Assembly: GCA_043228905.1 (NCBI GenBank)
Contig: JBHGNT010000010.1
Coordinates: 13,826,001 to 13,890,000, forward strand
DNA: 64,000 nucleotides
Direction of reading: 5' to 3'
Source of the DNA: Azolla caroliniana
Taxonomy: Eukaryota > Plantae > Polypodiophyta
The notes under the pieces are model-generated. The model had not been told where the DNA came from. It did not search any database and saw only the letters and a list, made by a program, of their open reading frames with translations. The position numbers and the translations under genes were made by a program. Shown in pieces: positions 27,214 to 40,278 of this stretch (position 1 is its first letter; the number at the start of each line of letters is the position of its first letter).

Positions 27214-27669
27214 GCGTGGACCTTTATACACATCTTCCACACTATTTCTACCAATCATTGCATTTATCCATTGCGCCATCCAATTTACTAAAGGATTTTT
27301 CCTTGTAAAGAAACAAATAATGCCTCTCTCATGAAACATAGAAAATGCCTTTAAGATTTCTCTACGTGGCATCTCCACCTCGACAATCTCATCATCTTCT
27401 ACATTGGCCACCATCTCTATAGTATCCAATAAAATCTCATGGAGTGCTTCATTAGCAACTACATGCATTGCATCCCAATATTGCGCATTCATCTCCTCCT
27501 CTCCTTCTCCCATAACATGTGCATATGATGGTCTTGGCATCATATCTATATCCCCCTCATGCATATTAATAATGCCAATCTTTTGTTTCTTCAAAATAAC
27601 CTTATCTGCTCCTTCTCCTCTCTTAATTTGTATTTGTCTCTCAATTATACCTTCATCCATTGCTTCCAT
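27214..27669 (-). pseudogene. Probable LINE (L1-like) ORF1 N-terminal fragment, truncated by the gypsy LTR
   Basis: ORF 27154-27669 with IICFFTRKNP...WMAQWINAMIG...VEDVYKGPR resembles the DUF4283 region of plant L1 ORF1 (pattern recall only); its last residues come from the LTR. Confidence 0.5.
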
Positions 27670-28030
27670 ATATACTACACCCCAATTATAAGGAAAAGGA
27701 AATTAATAGGAGGATGATTAACCTGAAATAGACACACTGACATTCGAGCTTGCTATCGAAGAAGAATGTTGTTTTAGCACTTGCACAATTATGTTGATGT
27801 AGCCGCAAATAATTGTTCCTCTCGCGTGTTCTCCTCCTTTTTCTTTTGATTTTCTGATTTTGTCCTACTTTGTTTCTCTGATTTTCACGTTTCTCCTACA
27901 TTGTTTCTCCTACTCCTACTCCTCTCTCTCTCTCTCTCTCCCTGTTTTTTTTCTTCCTTCTTCTTCTGATTTTCTTATTTCTCCTACTTTGTTTCTCTGA
28001 TTTTCACTTTCTCTATCTCTCTTATTCGAA

Positions 28031-28032
<2 letters not shown>

Positions 28033-28083
<51 letters not shown>

Positions 28084-28138
28084 TTGTTTGTCTGTCTCTT
28101 TGTTTTCTCTAGTTCGCCATCACTTCTTGTAGCATTTC

Positions 28139-28182
<44 letters not shown>

Positions 28183-28206
28183 TGTGTGTGTGTGTGTTTG
28201 TGTGTC
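28033..28206. repeat. (CT)n and (GT)n microsatellites
   Basis: Direct reading. Other (GA/CT)n tracts lie near 17955, 20370, 46515 and 60345, mostly inside LTRs. Confidence 0.95.
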
Positions 28207-28249
28207 TCACTCTTCTTCTTGTGAATGAACACACACACCCACATCAAAT

Positions 28250-30074
28250 TGTTGGGAAATCGGTCTCTCCCGATGGGATCCGGTGATGAATAAAGAGGAA
28301 CCGGTGAGAACCGGAAGAGATCTGGAAACCGGAGGAGACCCGGTGAGAACCGGAAGAGAAGACATATCTGTAAATATGTTTTAAGTAAGCCTATTGAGAC
28401 TATATTTGTAAATAGCCCTAAGTTCATATAAGTATAAATATGACTTTGGGCTATCATGTTGTTGTTGTAACTATTGTATAGAGAGAGGGAGAGAGAGATA
28501 CTCTGTTGTAACTGCCGCCTGGCGAAGAAACCGAGCTCGAGGTAGTTGCCTACGAGTCTCTGATTGTATCCCTTCTCTTCATAGTGATAGTTCGGAGTCT
28601 GTGGGCTCCCGTGGTTTTTCCCATTTAGGGTTTTCCACGTAAACATATTGTGTTCACTCTTTACTTCCTATTTCTGTGTTCTCCATTCTCATAGAAGTGT
28701 TCAAGATTGGTATTCCGTGCTATTCTCAACAAACTGGTATTAGAGCGAATAACACAGGAAATGGAAGAATAGTTTGGCGGCATGTTCAAGCTCACCGGCT
28801 CCAACTACTCAGTGTGGAAGTCGAAGATGAGGGATATGCTAGTGGTTAAAGATCTTTGGTTGCCGGTTCACATGAATGCTTCTGCTGTCAGGAGTTTGAT
28901 GTACGCGATGGTATGTACCCGGCCCGATATAAGATATGCAGTCAGAGTGGTGAGCCGGTTCATGAGCAATCCCGGAAGAGAGCACTGCAACACGGTCAAG
29001 TGGATAGTCCGGTATCTGAAAGGCACCTTGAGTATGTGCGTCCAGTTTGGCTCCAGAAAACCCCAACTCGATGGTTTCACGTATTCAGATATGTCGGCTA
29101 ATGCAGATACTAGCCCGTCGACATCCGGATATATCATGACTTATGTAGGGGGAGCTGTTTCGTGGCAGTTGAGGTTGGAGAAGACGGTTGCATTGTCAAC
29201 CACGGAGGCGGCGGAGTACATGGCAGCTGTAGAAGCTGGCAAGGAGATAATCTGGATTAAGGACTTCATCGAAGAGCTACGGATCCAACAGGAGGAATAC
29301 CGGCTCTACTGCGATAGTCAAAGCGCCATCCACATTGCAAAGAACGTGGCCTACCATTCCCGAACGAAACGTATCCAGCGGAGGTACCACTGGATCCGGA
29401 AGAAAGTAGAAGATCAAGAGTTCGTGCTGACAAAGATCCACATGGAGGAGAACGGGTCGAATGTGCTGACCACGATGTTGACGACCGACAAGCTGGATGC
29501 GTGCCCAGAGCGGATTGGGCTGACGAGACATCCCATGCTGCAGTGAAGGGGGAGATTGTTAGGAAATCGGTCTCTCCGGATGGGATCCGGTGATGAATAA
29601 AGAGGAACTAGTGAGAACCGGAAGAGATCCGGAAACCGTAGGAGACCCGGTGAGAACCGGAAGAGAAGACGTATCTGTAAATATGTTTTGAGTAAGCCTA
29701 TTGAGGCTATATTTGTAAATAGACCTAAGTTCATATAAGTATAAATATGACTTAGGGCAATCATGTTGTTGTTGTAACTATTTTATAGAGAGAGCGTTAG
29801 AGAGAGGGAGAGAGAGATATAGAGCGACACTCTGTTATAACCACTGTCTAGCGAAGAAACCGAGCTTGAGGTTGTTGCCTACGAGTCTCTCAGTATACCC
29901 CTTCTCTTCATAGTGATAGTTCGGAGTTTGTAGGCTCCCGTGGTTTTCCCATTTAGGGTTTTCCACCTAAACATCTGGAGTTCACTCTTTAGTTCCTATT
30001 TCTGTGTTCTCCATTCTCATAGAAGTGTTCAAGACTCGGTTGTGGCCGAGCAATATTCTGTGCTATTCTCAACA
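28250..30074 (+). mobile_element. Internally deleted copia family B element (1.8 kb) with both LTRs
   Basis: TSD CAAAT (28245-28249 and 30075-30079); LTRs 28250-28731 and 29557-30074; PBS TGGTATTAGAGC at 28735; PPT GAAGGGGGAGAT. Confidence 0.93.
28782..29546 (+). CDS. In-frame fusion of gag N-terminus to RT C-terminus/RNase H (254 aa)
   Basis: MFKLTGSNYSVWKSKMRDML (gag) followed directly by SLMYAMVCTRPDI...LYCDSQSAI (RT end and RNase H). Confidence 0.75.
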   Translation: MFKLTGSNYSVWKSKMRDMLVVKDLWLPVHMNASAVRSLMYAMVCTRPDIRYAVRVVSRFMSNPGREHCNTVKWIVRYLKGTLSMCVQFGSRKPQLDGFTYSDMSANADTSPSTSGYIMTYVGGAVSWQLRLEKTVALSTTEAAEYMAAVEAGKEIIWIKDFIEELRIQQEEYRLYCDSQSAIHIAKNVAYHSRTKRIQRRYHWIRKKVEDQEFVLTKIHMEENGSNVLTTMLTTDKLDACPERIGLTRHPMLQ

Positions 30075-30375
30075 CAAATGAAGAAGAAAAAAGGGGCAAA
30101 GAAGTAGAAGACCAGGCAAGTCAAGTCTTTGGAAGCAGAAGAAGATAGATACACACATAAATACTCCCTCATGCCTTCTTCTTCCTCCTCCTCACTCATC
30201 GTGTCTCAATCCTACTCTTCTTCTTCTTCTTCTTTATAATTGTAGTATGAGGCACCTGATCTGCCACTCACCATAGCATAACCCGTTTTACTGGCATGCA
30301 CATTCATAGAGAGGCAGATGTGTTAGGACCTTTTTCTTTGTGATATTTTATATACACACCGCTCCTTTTGCAACA

Positions 30376-30654
30376 ATGGCAACTGCCCTACCTGACCTCC
30401 TTCCTCTTTCGCCTCTAAATTCTCCCTCTCTGGAGGCCATCCTCTTTTCTTTTCTTTGCTTTTGCTCTTGCTAGCAACCCTTGCATTCCTTAACTTTACC
30501 AAGCCCAACCTCCGTCTGCCCCCAGGGCCTCTGGCATTCCCAATCTTTAGCAACTGGCTCCAAGTTGGGAATGATCTCAACCAGCTCAATCTCTCATACA
30601 TGGCTCGCAAATAAGGAGTAGTCTTCCTGCTCCAAATGGGGCAGCGGAAACTCG
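30376..30654 (+). pseudogene. CYP73A: Cinnamate 4-hydroxylase (CYP73A) pseudogene, exon 1, 5' part
   Basis: Hydrophobic anchor then [47 protein letters not shown]; frameshift near 30460 and an in-frame TAA; TATA-like sequence near 30345. Confidence 0.9.
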
Positions 30655-33600
30655 CGTTGGTTCTTCCCTCCTACATGGAGGAAGAGGTCCAAATATTTCA
30701 TTGGGTCTATGTTTTTTTTAAGCCACATTAGTATGTGGATGTGTATGTAATGGATCCAAATTAGTATGAAAAGGGCTCAAATAAAGCTTCTACTTAAGGG
30801 TTTATTTTTATAGAAACATAACCCTATTATTACTATTTTTGTTTTTTTAGAATATACTAAAAAAACGAACATGCAACAAGAAAGAAAAGAGAGAAAGGGA
30901 TAGAAGATAGATGTAGAGTGGCCAGCTACTATTCTTGCCTCGATCGATGACCAAACGACCTCCAATCATGGCCAAATTTTAATGACTTGTTCCTGATACT
31001 ATCTTCTTAAAAATCCAACAATTGGATTATTGTTTTTTTTTTCTATCTTCATAGATTCTACTCTGATCAGATTTTATGAATTTCTGAAATTTGCCACTAT
31101 ATGTGATGATTTGTAGAGATTTGTTGATCCAAGGACTTACCTTGAAGATTTTAAAGCCTCTAGTTTTGAACTAGAGATGGAAAACCCTGTTGTACCCACT
31201 GGATTATTGTTTATTAGTGTAATTTTGGTGCTGTTGTCAACGGTCCCATGGTTTTTCCCCATATTGGGGTTTTCCACGTAAATCTCATGTCTTTTTTATC
31301 TTGTTAGTGTTCAAGTGTGGAGTTTCTTGCTGAATTGCTATCAAGATTGGTTTTGGTTTTGATTACTATCTTCAATTTTACAACACAAGTGGGGAAAAGA
31401 TTTGTTAGCTTTCGTGTGGAAGAGTAGTATTGTCTTGTGCTTCCCCACCAAAGTGGTATCAGAGCAAGGTTACTTGTGTGATTCTTGTGTTGAGTGAAAT
31501 GGATGATAAAGTTGGCATGCCCGGTATGGTTAGTTTAAATGCCACCTATTACACCACTTGGAAAATCCGTATGGAGGATATTGTTTATGTGAAGGATTTG
31601 TATAAGCCTATTCTAAGAGAGCCGATTCCATCGGGTGTTGTTGCTAAAGAATGGGAAATCTTGAACTGAACGGCCGTTGGAAGAATTAGACAATTTGTGG
31701 ACTTGAGTGTGCTTCAACATATTGCTAATGAACACAATGCCTTCCAACTTTGGAAGAAGCTAAGTGATATGTATGAGCAAAAAAATGCCATGAGTAAAGC
31801 CTCCTTGATGAGGAAACTTGTGAAGTTAGAGTACAAAGATGGTGGGAGCATGGTAGTTCATTTGAATGATTTTCAAGGGTTGATTAACCAATTATCTGCA
31901 ATGAGTATGTCACCTAATGATGAGTTGCACGCTTTGTTGCTACTTAGTTCTCTACTGAGAAGTGGGATATTCTTGTTGTGTCACTTAGTAATTCTGTTCC
32001 TGAAGGAAAATTGTCTACGGATATGGTCAAAGCTACCTTGTTGAATGAGGAGGCAAGAAGAAAAGACTTGAGTGGTTTTAACCATTCTGAAGCCAATGTT
32101 ATTCTTGATTCCAATAGAGGAAGCGCTAAAAACAAAGATTTCTCACATAATAGAGATAAGTCCAGGGGGAGATCAAAATCAAAGTTCAAGGGCAATATTA
32201 TATGCCATACTACAACAATCCAGGTCATATCAAGAAATTCTAGAGGAAAAAGAAAAGAGGTAAATCCCAGGAGAGGAAAGAAAAGACGTAGACTTCAACT
32301 TCTGGCCGCAAAAAGAGTCAGATGGAAAAGTTACTTGAGCACTTGTAGTTAGTAGTGATGATGTATGTTTCATTGGTGAGTAGGGTAGTCTAAATCTTGT
32401 TTGCGATGACTGTAATTGGGTGATTGACTTTGGTGCTTCATATCACCTCACTTCATGTCGAGATTACTTCTCTTCCTACACTAGTGGTGATTTTGGTTAG
32501 GTGTTGATGGGAAATGATGGATTATCCAAAATTATCGGCATGGGTATAATGCATCTTGTAACCTCCACATATTGCAAGTTGGTTTTGAGAAATGTTAGAC
32601 ATGTTCCTGATATCAGACTGAATTTGTTATCAGTTGGTGTGCCTGTTGATGAAGGTTTCAGTAGTCTACTTGGTGACAGAAAATGGAATCTTCGCAAGGG
32701 TAGAATGGTGGTGGCCCGAGCGCAGAAGATGAGACCTTTGTATGTGTGCAAGCTAAAGTGTGTCAAGTCTAGTGAATTATGGCACAATAGGCTTGCTCAC
32801 ATGAGTTCCAAAGGTATGGAAATTCTTTCGAAGAAGAACTTTCTCCTTGATGTTGCAGGTATGAACTTGAAACCCTGTGTTGATTGTTTAGCTGGAAAAC
32901 AACACAGGGTTGCTTTTCAAACACGCTCACCTTCTAGAAGGAAGAATACACTTGATCTTGTTCATACTGATGTGTGCTCTATGGATGTTAGATGACTTGG
33001 TGGTGCACAATATTATTTTACCTTTATCGATGATCATTCTAGAAAGGTATGGGCTTTTGTGTTGGAAACTAAAGATCAGGTATTTCAAGTATTTCAGCAA
33101 TTTCAGGCCAGAGTTGAAAGAGAAACTGACAGAAAATTGAAGAATGTGAGATTAGACAATGGTGGTGAGTATAGAGGACCATTTGAGGCCTATTGGAAGG
33201 CTCAAGGTATCAAGCTTGAGAAAACAGTTCCAAAGACACCTCAACTAAATGGAGTTGCAAAGACAACAAATAGAACAATAAATGAAAGGATCAGACATGT
33301 ATGCTCTCTCAAGAAAAGTTGCTGTTACGGGCATGACCATATAATATCCCGTGGTAAGAATTTACCGTAGTATTCTATACACGTGGATAAGTGTGAGGGT
33401 TAAATGAGAGTGTAAAGAAGGGGAGGATTACTTTTAATCCTCGGGATTGAGACAACCCATTAGGTCAAGTGTGAACTTGCCTGGGGGCCTTGGGTATCGA
33501 TATAAATAAGAGGCCTAGCTACCCTCATTTGAGCATCTTTTGACTACATCGAGACTCTGCTCGTGTGGTGGGTCAACTTTTGTAGCGAGCGCTCCAGCAC

Positions 33601-35464
33601 CAGGTACGACTCGACGCCACGGCGGTGGTATGGGACGCCGATCGAGGCTCGAGTCCGTCTCGATCCCTTCGCTCGGGGGTGGTCGGGTGGATCGGCACCC
33701 TTCTTTCTCTTTCTCCTTTCTATCTTTCAATTCTTTATCCTTATCTTAAGCTTACATTAGTGCTATGATCTATAATATTTGGTATCAGATTTTTGTACTA
33801 ATGTTTCTTTGTTTTTCATTTGTCTTTTGATTGATGCTGATCGATCGTTGTGCGGTTGGCCTTGATCCAGACAACGATCAACAAAGAACTTCGGTAACTC
33901 TTTCCATAATTTTTCTTTCTATTCTCTCTTCTCCCATCTAATCATGTGTTTAGTTTATATGTAATTTTTTTCATTAAGTCAATGATGTTGTAGTGGTCTT
34001 TAATTGATTATCTAAAACGTTTACATATGTGCACGAGGTCAATACCTCGTTTGACATATTGATAATATGTGATGAGTGTCGTATGCGTACGAGGTTAATA
34101 CCTCAATTACGTATTACGTTCACGAACATATGTTACGTTTGCGTATGAGTTTAATACCTTGATTTGTTGTAAACGATATGCGTTTGGTCTCGTATGCGTA
34201 AGAGGTCAATACCTCCATTGCGTATTACGATGATCTCTTATTTGTGGATGTTTCGTGTGCGTAGAGGTATATACCTCGATTACGTATCTCGATCACATCA
34301 TTTGTGGCTATTTACTATAACGATATGTTTAATATAGGCATATGTGGTCACATATATACGTATTTGATCGTATATATGTGATAAGTAAACATATGTGTAT
34401 ATTCGTTATTACGTGATTATATCGAAAGTTGTCCTTGTCGGGAAAAGGATGTTGGTGGCCGTCCTCACATTCTTGTGAGAATGGCGTTGTCACCATCCCA
34501 TTTTCAACAATTTTTTATTGTTGACAACCCCGTTGATGACCTCGATTTCGTTACGTAAAGAAACGCAATAGCCATAATGATGTTGAGTTCGTAGGGCTTG
34601 ACCCACTTCAAGTGAGGTCGCTCCAATGACGCACGTATCCAACATCCCTCCCTCGTTACATGGATACGATGCCACCATGAGCTCGTTCTTACGAGAGGCA
34701 TTCGTAATGACGTGACCATGTGATGGCCCACATGAGCCTACTACGAAACGAGGGCTCATTTGGCTTGACCATTAGGTTGCCCTTTGGCATATGCCATCGT
34801 AATTACGAGACTTGAGGTTCGGTAACGTACCAACATAGTTTTGGTAAATGAGGGCGAAATAAGGACCTTGACATATATGTTCTTTTAAAAAAACATATAT
34901 GATCAATTGCCTCGCATATCTCTTATACGCATCAAACATTAAGCATTCGAGAAGAGCAACTTACTTGGTTGGCTCAAGTGTTTAATGTATTTGTTTTCGA
35001 GGTCTCGAGTTCAAATATGACAAAGACCATACAACATCCTTGATACATATGACTATAACACATGTTTAGACTTAAGGTCTAAGTGCACCTCGGGGTCCTC
35101 GTAATAGGACTTAAAGAGCCGAAACCACTTATGTGGGCACCGAAACATAGTTTATTGTTAACATTTTTTTTCGTGTATAAACTATTCATGACGCGAACAT
35201 ACATGGTTGAGCCTCGGGGAGCCACCATGAAAAAATCGATATAAAGATCAGGGAAAGACATTTATTTGTCACCCCCATGGTTTTTAAAACACCTTTGTGT
35301 TACCATAGTAACCTGATCTTGAACCTCATCTCATACGTCTAGAGGGGTATTGACGTGAGATAATGATATCGATTAATGCTCGCCCATGATATGTTTACAT
35401 CACGACATGATGTTATGACTATATCTCTGACCTTATCCTATTTCTTTTCCAGAAATAATCTTTA

Positions 35465-37129
35465 ATGGCTCAAATTAACGACCCGATGTCATCCGCTCAA
35501 GCGGAAGGAACTCAAGGGAATCCTCCTGGACAAATGTCCACTGAGATGTATTTGGCACAAATAACCCAATACCTTAGTTTCACCGCTCAACAGATGACCG
35601 AACTTCGGCAATCTCAGAGTGCTCTTGAGGCACGTGTCATTAGTCTACAACGTGAGACTAATAGACCTGATGAGCGACAAGGTGAACCATCATTTGTCGT
35701 TAAGCCATTTACGGGAGACAAAAAGGAAAGAACCGAAGAAGCAATCTGCACATGGCTAGGACGATGGGAGTCTCATTTTGAGCTCTATCCCACGCCAGAT
35801 AGTACGAAGATTGCATATGTCGGCCGAGAACTCGGGGGTAAGGCCGCCGCCTGGTGGCGTGGCCTCCGTACTATGGGGAAATTGCCCGATACCTGGACAG
35901 ATTTTGTCACGGTTTTTAAGGGCCAATTTCTGCAACCTCCCTCTCGAACCGAGGCAGCACAAGCTTTAATGAACCTCTCTAGCAGGAAATTTTCCTCGCT
36001 AGAAGACTATGTTCACCATGCTAGAACCCAAATCCAAAAATCGGGTCTAGAAGGGGACAATTGGTTGATAGCTTGTTTTGTCAATGGCATCCCCAATTCG
36101 GACTATCACTGGATAGTGCACGATAAGGATCCAAAATCCTTCGAAGAGGCCGTTGAAATAGTTCTTCGCTATCAACGCACTTCGAAGAAGGACCATAACA
36201 AACCCAACGAAGCGCCCGGGACTAAGCAGTCGCAATTTGTTGGGAAACGCAAGACACCCAACGAATTCCTGGATCGCGATTGTAAGCGACAACATCCTTT
36301 TTGTGTATTCTGCAAAAAGAAGGGTCATACAAAAGATCAATGTCGAAAGCTCCAACGGAAAGAGCACGACAACAAAGCTAAAGCTGCAGACCATAAAGGT
36401 CAGATTCCTAATGTCCTTCAGGTCTATACACATCATTTAAGTAATTGTCAATGTTCTTTCCCTCACTATGTATTGGGTCCCAATGATTTACTACGTGCAA
36501 ACGGGTATATCAATGGATCTCCCGTACAATTTTTATTTGATTCGGGAAGCTCACACAATTTTGTGAATGATCGTTTGGTTCAGATATGGGGAATCCAACC
36601 CACCGTAAGTGATCACACCTACACGGTGCACTTGGCTGATGGAAGAGTACAATACATCAACGGGGCGATTCATTCATTAGGAATTTCTATTGATACTTAT
36701 ATAGAGGAAGTAGACTTCCATGTAATGAATCTTTGTACCACCGATGTAATACTGGGTTATCCCTGGTTTTATAATAAAAACTCTTCTTTATTTATTGATT
36801 GGGTTCATCATTCCATTTCTTTTGTACTGAACGATTGTACGCATTTTATTCAATGTGTAAAAAAACAATCCCTCTCGATTGTTTCCTCGTGTCCATCAAT
36901 ATCCGAGTTGTCTTGTTCTACGTTATTTTATTGTGTACTTGATCCGGACATTCACGTTTACAATATCGATAATGTCCCGATTCAATTAACATATTTTGAA
37001 CAACAACAACTTGATGAAATCTTAAATGATTTTCATGATGTTTTTCCAAGTGAACTACCTGATGGGTTACCTCCTAAACGTAATATAGACCATCGTATAG
37101 ATATTGTACCTGGTGTTGCACCGATGTAA
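35465..37129 (+). CDS. gag: Gag-protease part of the polyprotein (cut short by a tandem duplication)
   Basis: Retrotransposon gag AAAWW motif, [14 protein letters not shown] knuckle, protease [11 protein letters not shown]. Confidence 0.93.
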   Translation: MAQINDPMSSAQAEGTQGNPPGQMSTEMYLAQITQYLSFTAQQMTELRQSQSALEARVISLQRETNRPDERQGEPSFVVKPFTGDKKERTEEAICTWLGRWESHFELYPTPDSTKIAYVGRELGGKAAAWWRGLRTMGKLPDTWTDFVTVFKGQFLQPPSRTEAAQALMNLSSRKFSSLEDYVHHARTQIQKSGLEGDNWLIACFVNGIPNSDYHWIVHDKDPKSFEEAVEIVLRYQRTSKKDHNKPNEAPGTKQSQFVGKRKTPNEFLDRDCKRQHPFCVFCKKKGHTKDQCRKLQRKEHDNKAKAADHKGQIPNVLQVYTHHLSNCQCSFPHYVLGPNDLLRANGYINGSPVQFLFDSGSSHNFVNDRLVQIWGIQPTVSDHTYTVHLADGRVQYINGAIHSLGISIDTYIEEVDFHVMNLCTTDVILGYPWFYNKNSSLFIDWVHHSISFVLNDCTHFIQCVKKQSLSIVSSCPSISELSCSTLFYCVLDPDIHVYNIDNVPIQLTYFEQQQLDEILNDFHDVFPSELPDGLPPKRNIDHRIDIVPGVAPM

Positions 37130-37500
37130 TACTGGGTTATCCCTGGTTTTATAATAAAAACTCTTCTTTATTTATTGATTGGGTTCATCATTCCATTTCT
37201 TTTGTACTGAACGATTGTACGCATTTTATTCAATGTGTAAAAAAACAATCCCTCTCGATTGTTTCCTTGTGTCCATCAATATCCGAGTTGTCTTGTTCTA
37301 CGTTATTTTATTGTGTACTTGATCCGGACATTCACGTTTACAATATCGATAATGTCCCGATTCAATTAACATATTTTGAACAACAACAACTTGATGAAAT
37401 CTTAAATGATTTTCATGATGTTTTTCCAAGTGAACTACCTGATGGGTTACCTCCTAAACGTAATATAGACCATCGTATAGATATTGTACCTGGTGTTGCA
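36741..37500 (+). repeat. 380-bp tandem duplication inside gag-pol
   Basis: 36741-37120 equals 37121-37500 except one substitution seen; CACC at all three junctions. Confidence 0.95.
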
Positions 37501-40278
37501 CCAATAAGTATACCTCCGTATCGCTTAAGTCGATCCGAAGAAGATGAGGTATCTAAGCAACTCAAGGACTATTTACGAATGGGTTCTATACGTTATAGTA
37601 AATCTCCATGGGGTGCACCAGTTCTCTTGGTTAAAAAGAAAGAGGGCACATGGCGTATGTGTATTAATTACCGACGCTTGAATAAAGTGACGATCAAGAA
37701 TTCATATCCATTGCCCCGGGCTGACGATCTAATTGACCGTCTCCAAGGAGCTCGGTATTTTACGAAACTTGATCTCCGTACTGGCTACCATCAAATACGA
37801 ATAAGTGAGGACGATGTTCCTAAAACGGCATTTCGTACGCGCTATGGCCATTACGAGTTTTTGGTTATGCCTTTTGGTTTGACCAATGCTCCGGCTACTT
37901 TTCAACAAGAAATGAATGACATTTTCCGAGAACAACTTGGAAAATTTGTCGTTATTTTCTTGGATGATATTTTAGTTTATAGCCGTACATTACAAGAACA
38001 TGCTAGACATGTCCGCTTTGTTTTACAAACATTGCGTGACAAACAGTTTTATGCGAAGATCTCAAAATGTGAGTTCTTCAAGAAATCAATTACTTATCTA
38101 GGACATCTCATAACCGAACGAGGAGTTGAAATTGATCCTTCTCGCATTGAGAAAATCAAGCTTTGGCCCACTCTTCGGAATATTCGAGAAGTTCGATCAT
38201 TCCTTGGTTTTGTGGGGTTTTTGCGGAAGTCTCTTCGTAATTACTCCCAATTGACGACGCCGTTTACTGATCTTTTAAAAGGTCAAACGCGTAAGTCTAC
38301 AAAACCTATTGTGTGGAATGCTACACTAGACCTTGCCTTTAAGGAACTCAAGGACCTAGTTTGCAAGGCTCCTTCACTTCTTTTACCCGATCCTTCAAAA
38401 CCTTTTGAGGTTGAAACCGATGCAAGCGATTATGCTATAGGTGCTGTCTTGTATCAAGATGGTAAACCAATAGCATTCGAGAGTAAGAAACTTGATTCTG
38501 CTCAATGTCGGTATACCGTTCAAGAAAAGGAATTATTTGCAGTTATACATGCGCTCAAAACATGGCGCCATTATCTTTATGGAAATCACTTTGTGGTAAC
38601 TACGGACCACGAGTCCTTGAAATATTTTTGTGACCAACAAGACTTGAAAGGTCGTAAGGCACGATGGGCTGATCTCATCCAGGACTTTGATTTTTCCATA
38701 CGATATCGTAAAGGTTCCATGAACACTGTCGCTGATGCACTAAGTCGCATCCGTGAAGTTAACACGCTTAGCTTCACTGAAATATCATCAGATCTTTATG
38801 ATCACCTTCGAGGAAAGTATCCTGATGACAGTTATTTCGCAAAATACTGGGCAAGAGTTGAGTCTGGAACAGACACCACCACATCCTTGAAGGAATACTT
38901 CCACATTGCTAACGGTTTGCTCTACCGTAATGGGAAGGTTTGTGTTCCAGATTTACCCGAGGTCAAAAAGAGGATTCTTTTTGAATGCCATGATGCACCC
39001 TCAGCAGGGCACCCTGGAATACATCGTACACTCGTTCTCATCTCCACTCAATTTTATTGGCCTAAGATGCGTCCTGACATACATAGCTATGTGACTAAAT
39101 GTCACCAGTGTCAGGTTAACAAAGCCGAGCGACTTAAAGTCGCAGGACTTTTACATCCCCTGGACATTCCCAATAATAAGTGGGAAAGTATATCCATGAA
39201 TTTTATTGTTAGCCTTCCTCGCACCCAAAAAGGTCATGATGCCATCTGGGTTGTCGTTGATCGACTAACTAAAATGGCCAGATTTATTGCTACTAAAACC
39301 ACGGTAACAGCTCCTGAATTTGCTTACCAATTCGTTGACGAATTGTTTCGTTTTTATGGGTTACCGATGGATATCGTGAGTGATCAAGATCCAAAGTTTA
39401 CTAGTGACTTCTGGACACAAGTCTTTAAGAAGTTAGAAACTACGTTGAGCATGAGCTCCACGGATCATCCTCAATCCGATGGACAGACAGAACGAGTAAA
39501 TCAAATTATTGAGGACATGCTTCGAGCATACGTTGGTGCAAAACCAACAAAATGGGAACGTTATTTCCCAATTTTGGAGTTTGCTTATAACAGCTCCAAG
39601 CATACGTCGACGAGATATAGTCCTTTTATGTTGATGTATGGTTTTCAGCCACGAGCCCCGATTGATGTTAATATACATCATGATGAGTTGCGAAGTACGC
39701 AAAACTTTCTTCGGGATATGCAAGATATGTTGCATATTGCACGAGATAATATAAAAACAGCTCAAGATAGAGCGCGTTTTTATGCTGATCATCATAGGCA
39801 ACCTCGTGTATTCAACCCTGGACAGAAGGTATTTTTACGTGTACCTCACAATTCTAAGACATTGTCTACGGGTAAGTGCGCTAAGTTAGCCCCACGGTTT
39901 TGTGGACCTTTTACAGTCCTCAAACGCATTGGGTCATCAGCCTATCATCTCGCTCTTCCCGATGGTGTCGGAATTCATCCAGTCTTTCATGTGAGTCGTC
40001 TAAAAGAACTTCTAGGTTCTGGCGACAATACAGTTACGACTGAAACTCTGGTTACTTCTGAAGAATTATCTTCTAAACCACATGTGCCAGAAAGAATTCT
40101 CGATGTTAAAACAAAAAAATTACGTACTAAAGAAATCCGAGAATTCAAAATAAAATGGATGGATAAATCAATAAAAGATGCCACATGGGAACGCGAAAAT
40201 ACTCTTAGAACTAACTTCCCTAACTTTCCATTGCAAGAGTGCAATGTTTTAAAGAGGGGGAGTATGTTACGGGCATGA
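37267..40278 (+). CDS. pol: RT-RNase H-integrase-chromodomain part of the polyprotein
   Basis: MPFGLTNAP and FLDD (RT), ETDASD (RNase H), [10 protein letters not shown]...CHQC, GPF, PERILD...IKW...DATWE chromodomain. The first catalytic Asp of integrase appears to be Asn (SMNFI). Confidence 0.95.
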   Translation: MCPSISELSCSTLFYCVLDPDIHVYNIDNVPIQLTYFEQQQLDEILNDFHDVFPSELPDGLPPKRNIDHRIDIVPGVAPISIPPYRLSRSEEDEVSKQLKDYLRMGSIRYSKSPWGAPVLLVKKKEGTWRMCINYRRLNKVTIKNSYPLPRADDLIDRLQGARYFTKLDLRTGYHQIRISEDDVPKTAFRTRYGHYEFLVMPFGLTNAPATFQQEMNDIFREQLGKFVVIFLDDILVYSRTLQEHARHVRFVLQTLRDKQFYAKISKCEFFKKSITYLGHLITERGVEIDPSRIEKIKLWPTLRNIREVRSFLGFVGFLRKSLRNYSQLTTPFTDLLKGQTRKSTKPIVWNATLDLAFKELKDLVCKAPSLLLPDPSKPFEVETDASDYAIGAVLYQDGKPIAFESKKLDSAQCRYTVQEKELFAVIHALKTWRHYLYGNHFVVTTDHESLKYFCDQQDLKGRKARWADLIQDFDFSIRYRKGSMNTVADALSRIREVNTLSFTEISSDLYDHLRGKYPDDSYFAKYWARVESGTDTTTSLKEYFHIANGLLYRNGKVCVPDLPEVKKRILFECHDAPSAGHPGIHRTLVLISTQFYWPKMRPDIHSYVTKCHQCQVNKAERLKVAGLLHPLDIPNNKWESISMNFIVSLPRTQKGHDAIWVVVDRLTKMARFIATKTTVTAPEFAYQFVDELFRFYGLPMDIVSDQDPKFTSDFWTQVFKKLETTLSMSSTDHPQSDGQTERVNQIIEDMLRAYVGAKPTKWERYFPILEFAYNSSKHTSTRYSPFMLMYGFQPRAPIDVNIHHDELRSTQNFLRDMQDMLHIARDNIKTAQDRARFYADHHRQPRVFNPGQKVFLRVPHNSKTLSTGKCAKLAPRFCGPFTVLKRIGSSAYHLALPDGVGIHPVFHVSRLKELLGSGDNTVTTETLVTSEELSSKPHVPERILDVKTKKLRTKEIREFKIKWMDKSIKDATWERENTLRTNFPNFPLQECNVLKRGSMLRA

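Noticed and set aside
27984-28646. 220-aa ORF with ERERER tracts
   Set aside because: Antisense read through an LTR and (CT)n microsatellites.
33515-33760. Duplicated small ORFs (also 40457-40702)
   Set aside because: They lie within the two LTRs, so the duplication reflects LTR identity rather than coding selection.
34024-34292. CRISPR array
   Set aside because: Repeats are degenerate, linkers are short, no cas genes are present and the context is a eukaryotic retrotransposon leader; kept only as a hairpin array.
34729-34760. Hammerhead ribozyme (CATGAG...CGAAAC)
   Set aside because: Lacks the CUGANGA core and stem II; ATGAGCC/GGCTCAT pairing explains the region better.
37121-37267. Programmed frameshift between the 554-aa and 1003-aa ORFs
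   Set aside because: Fully explained by the 380-bp duplication.
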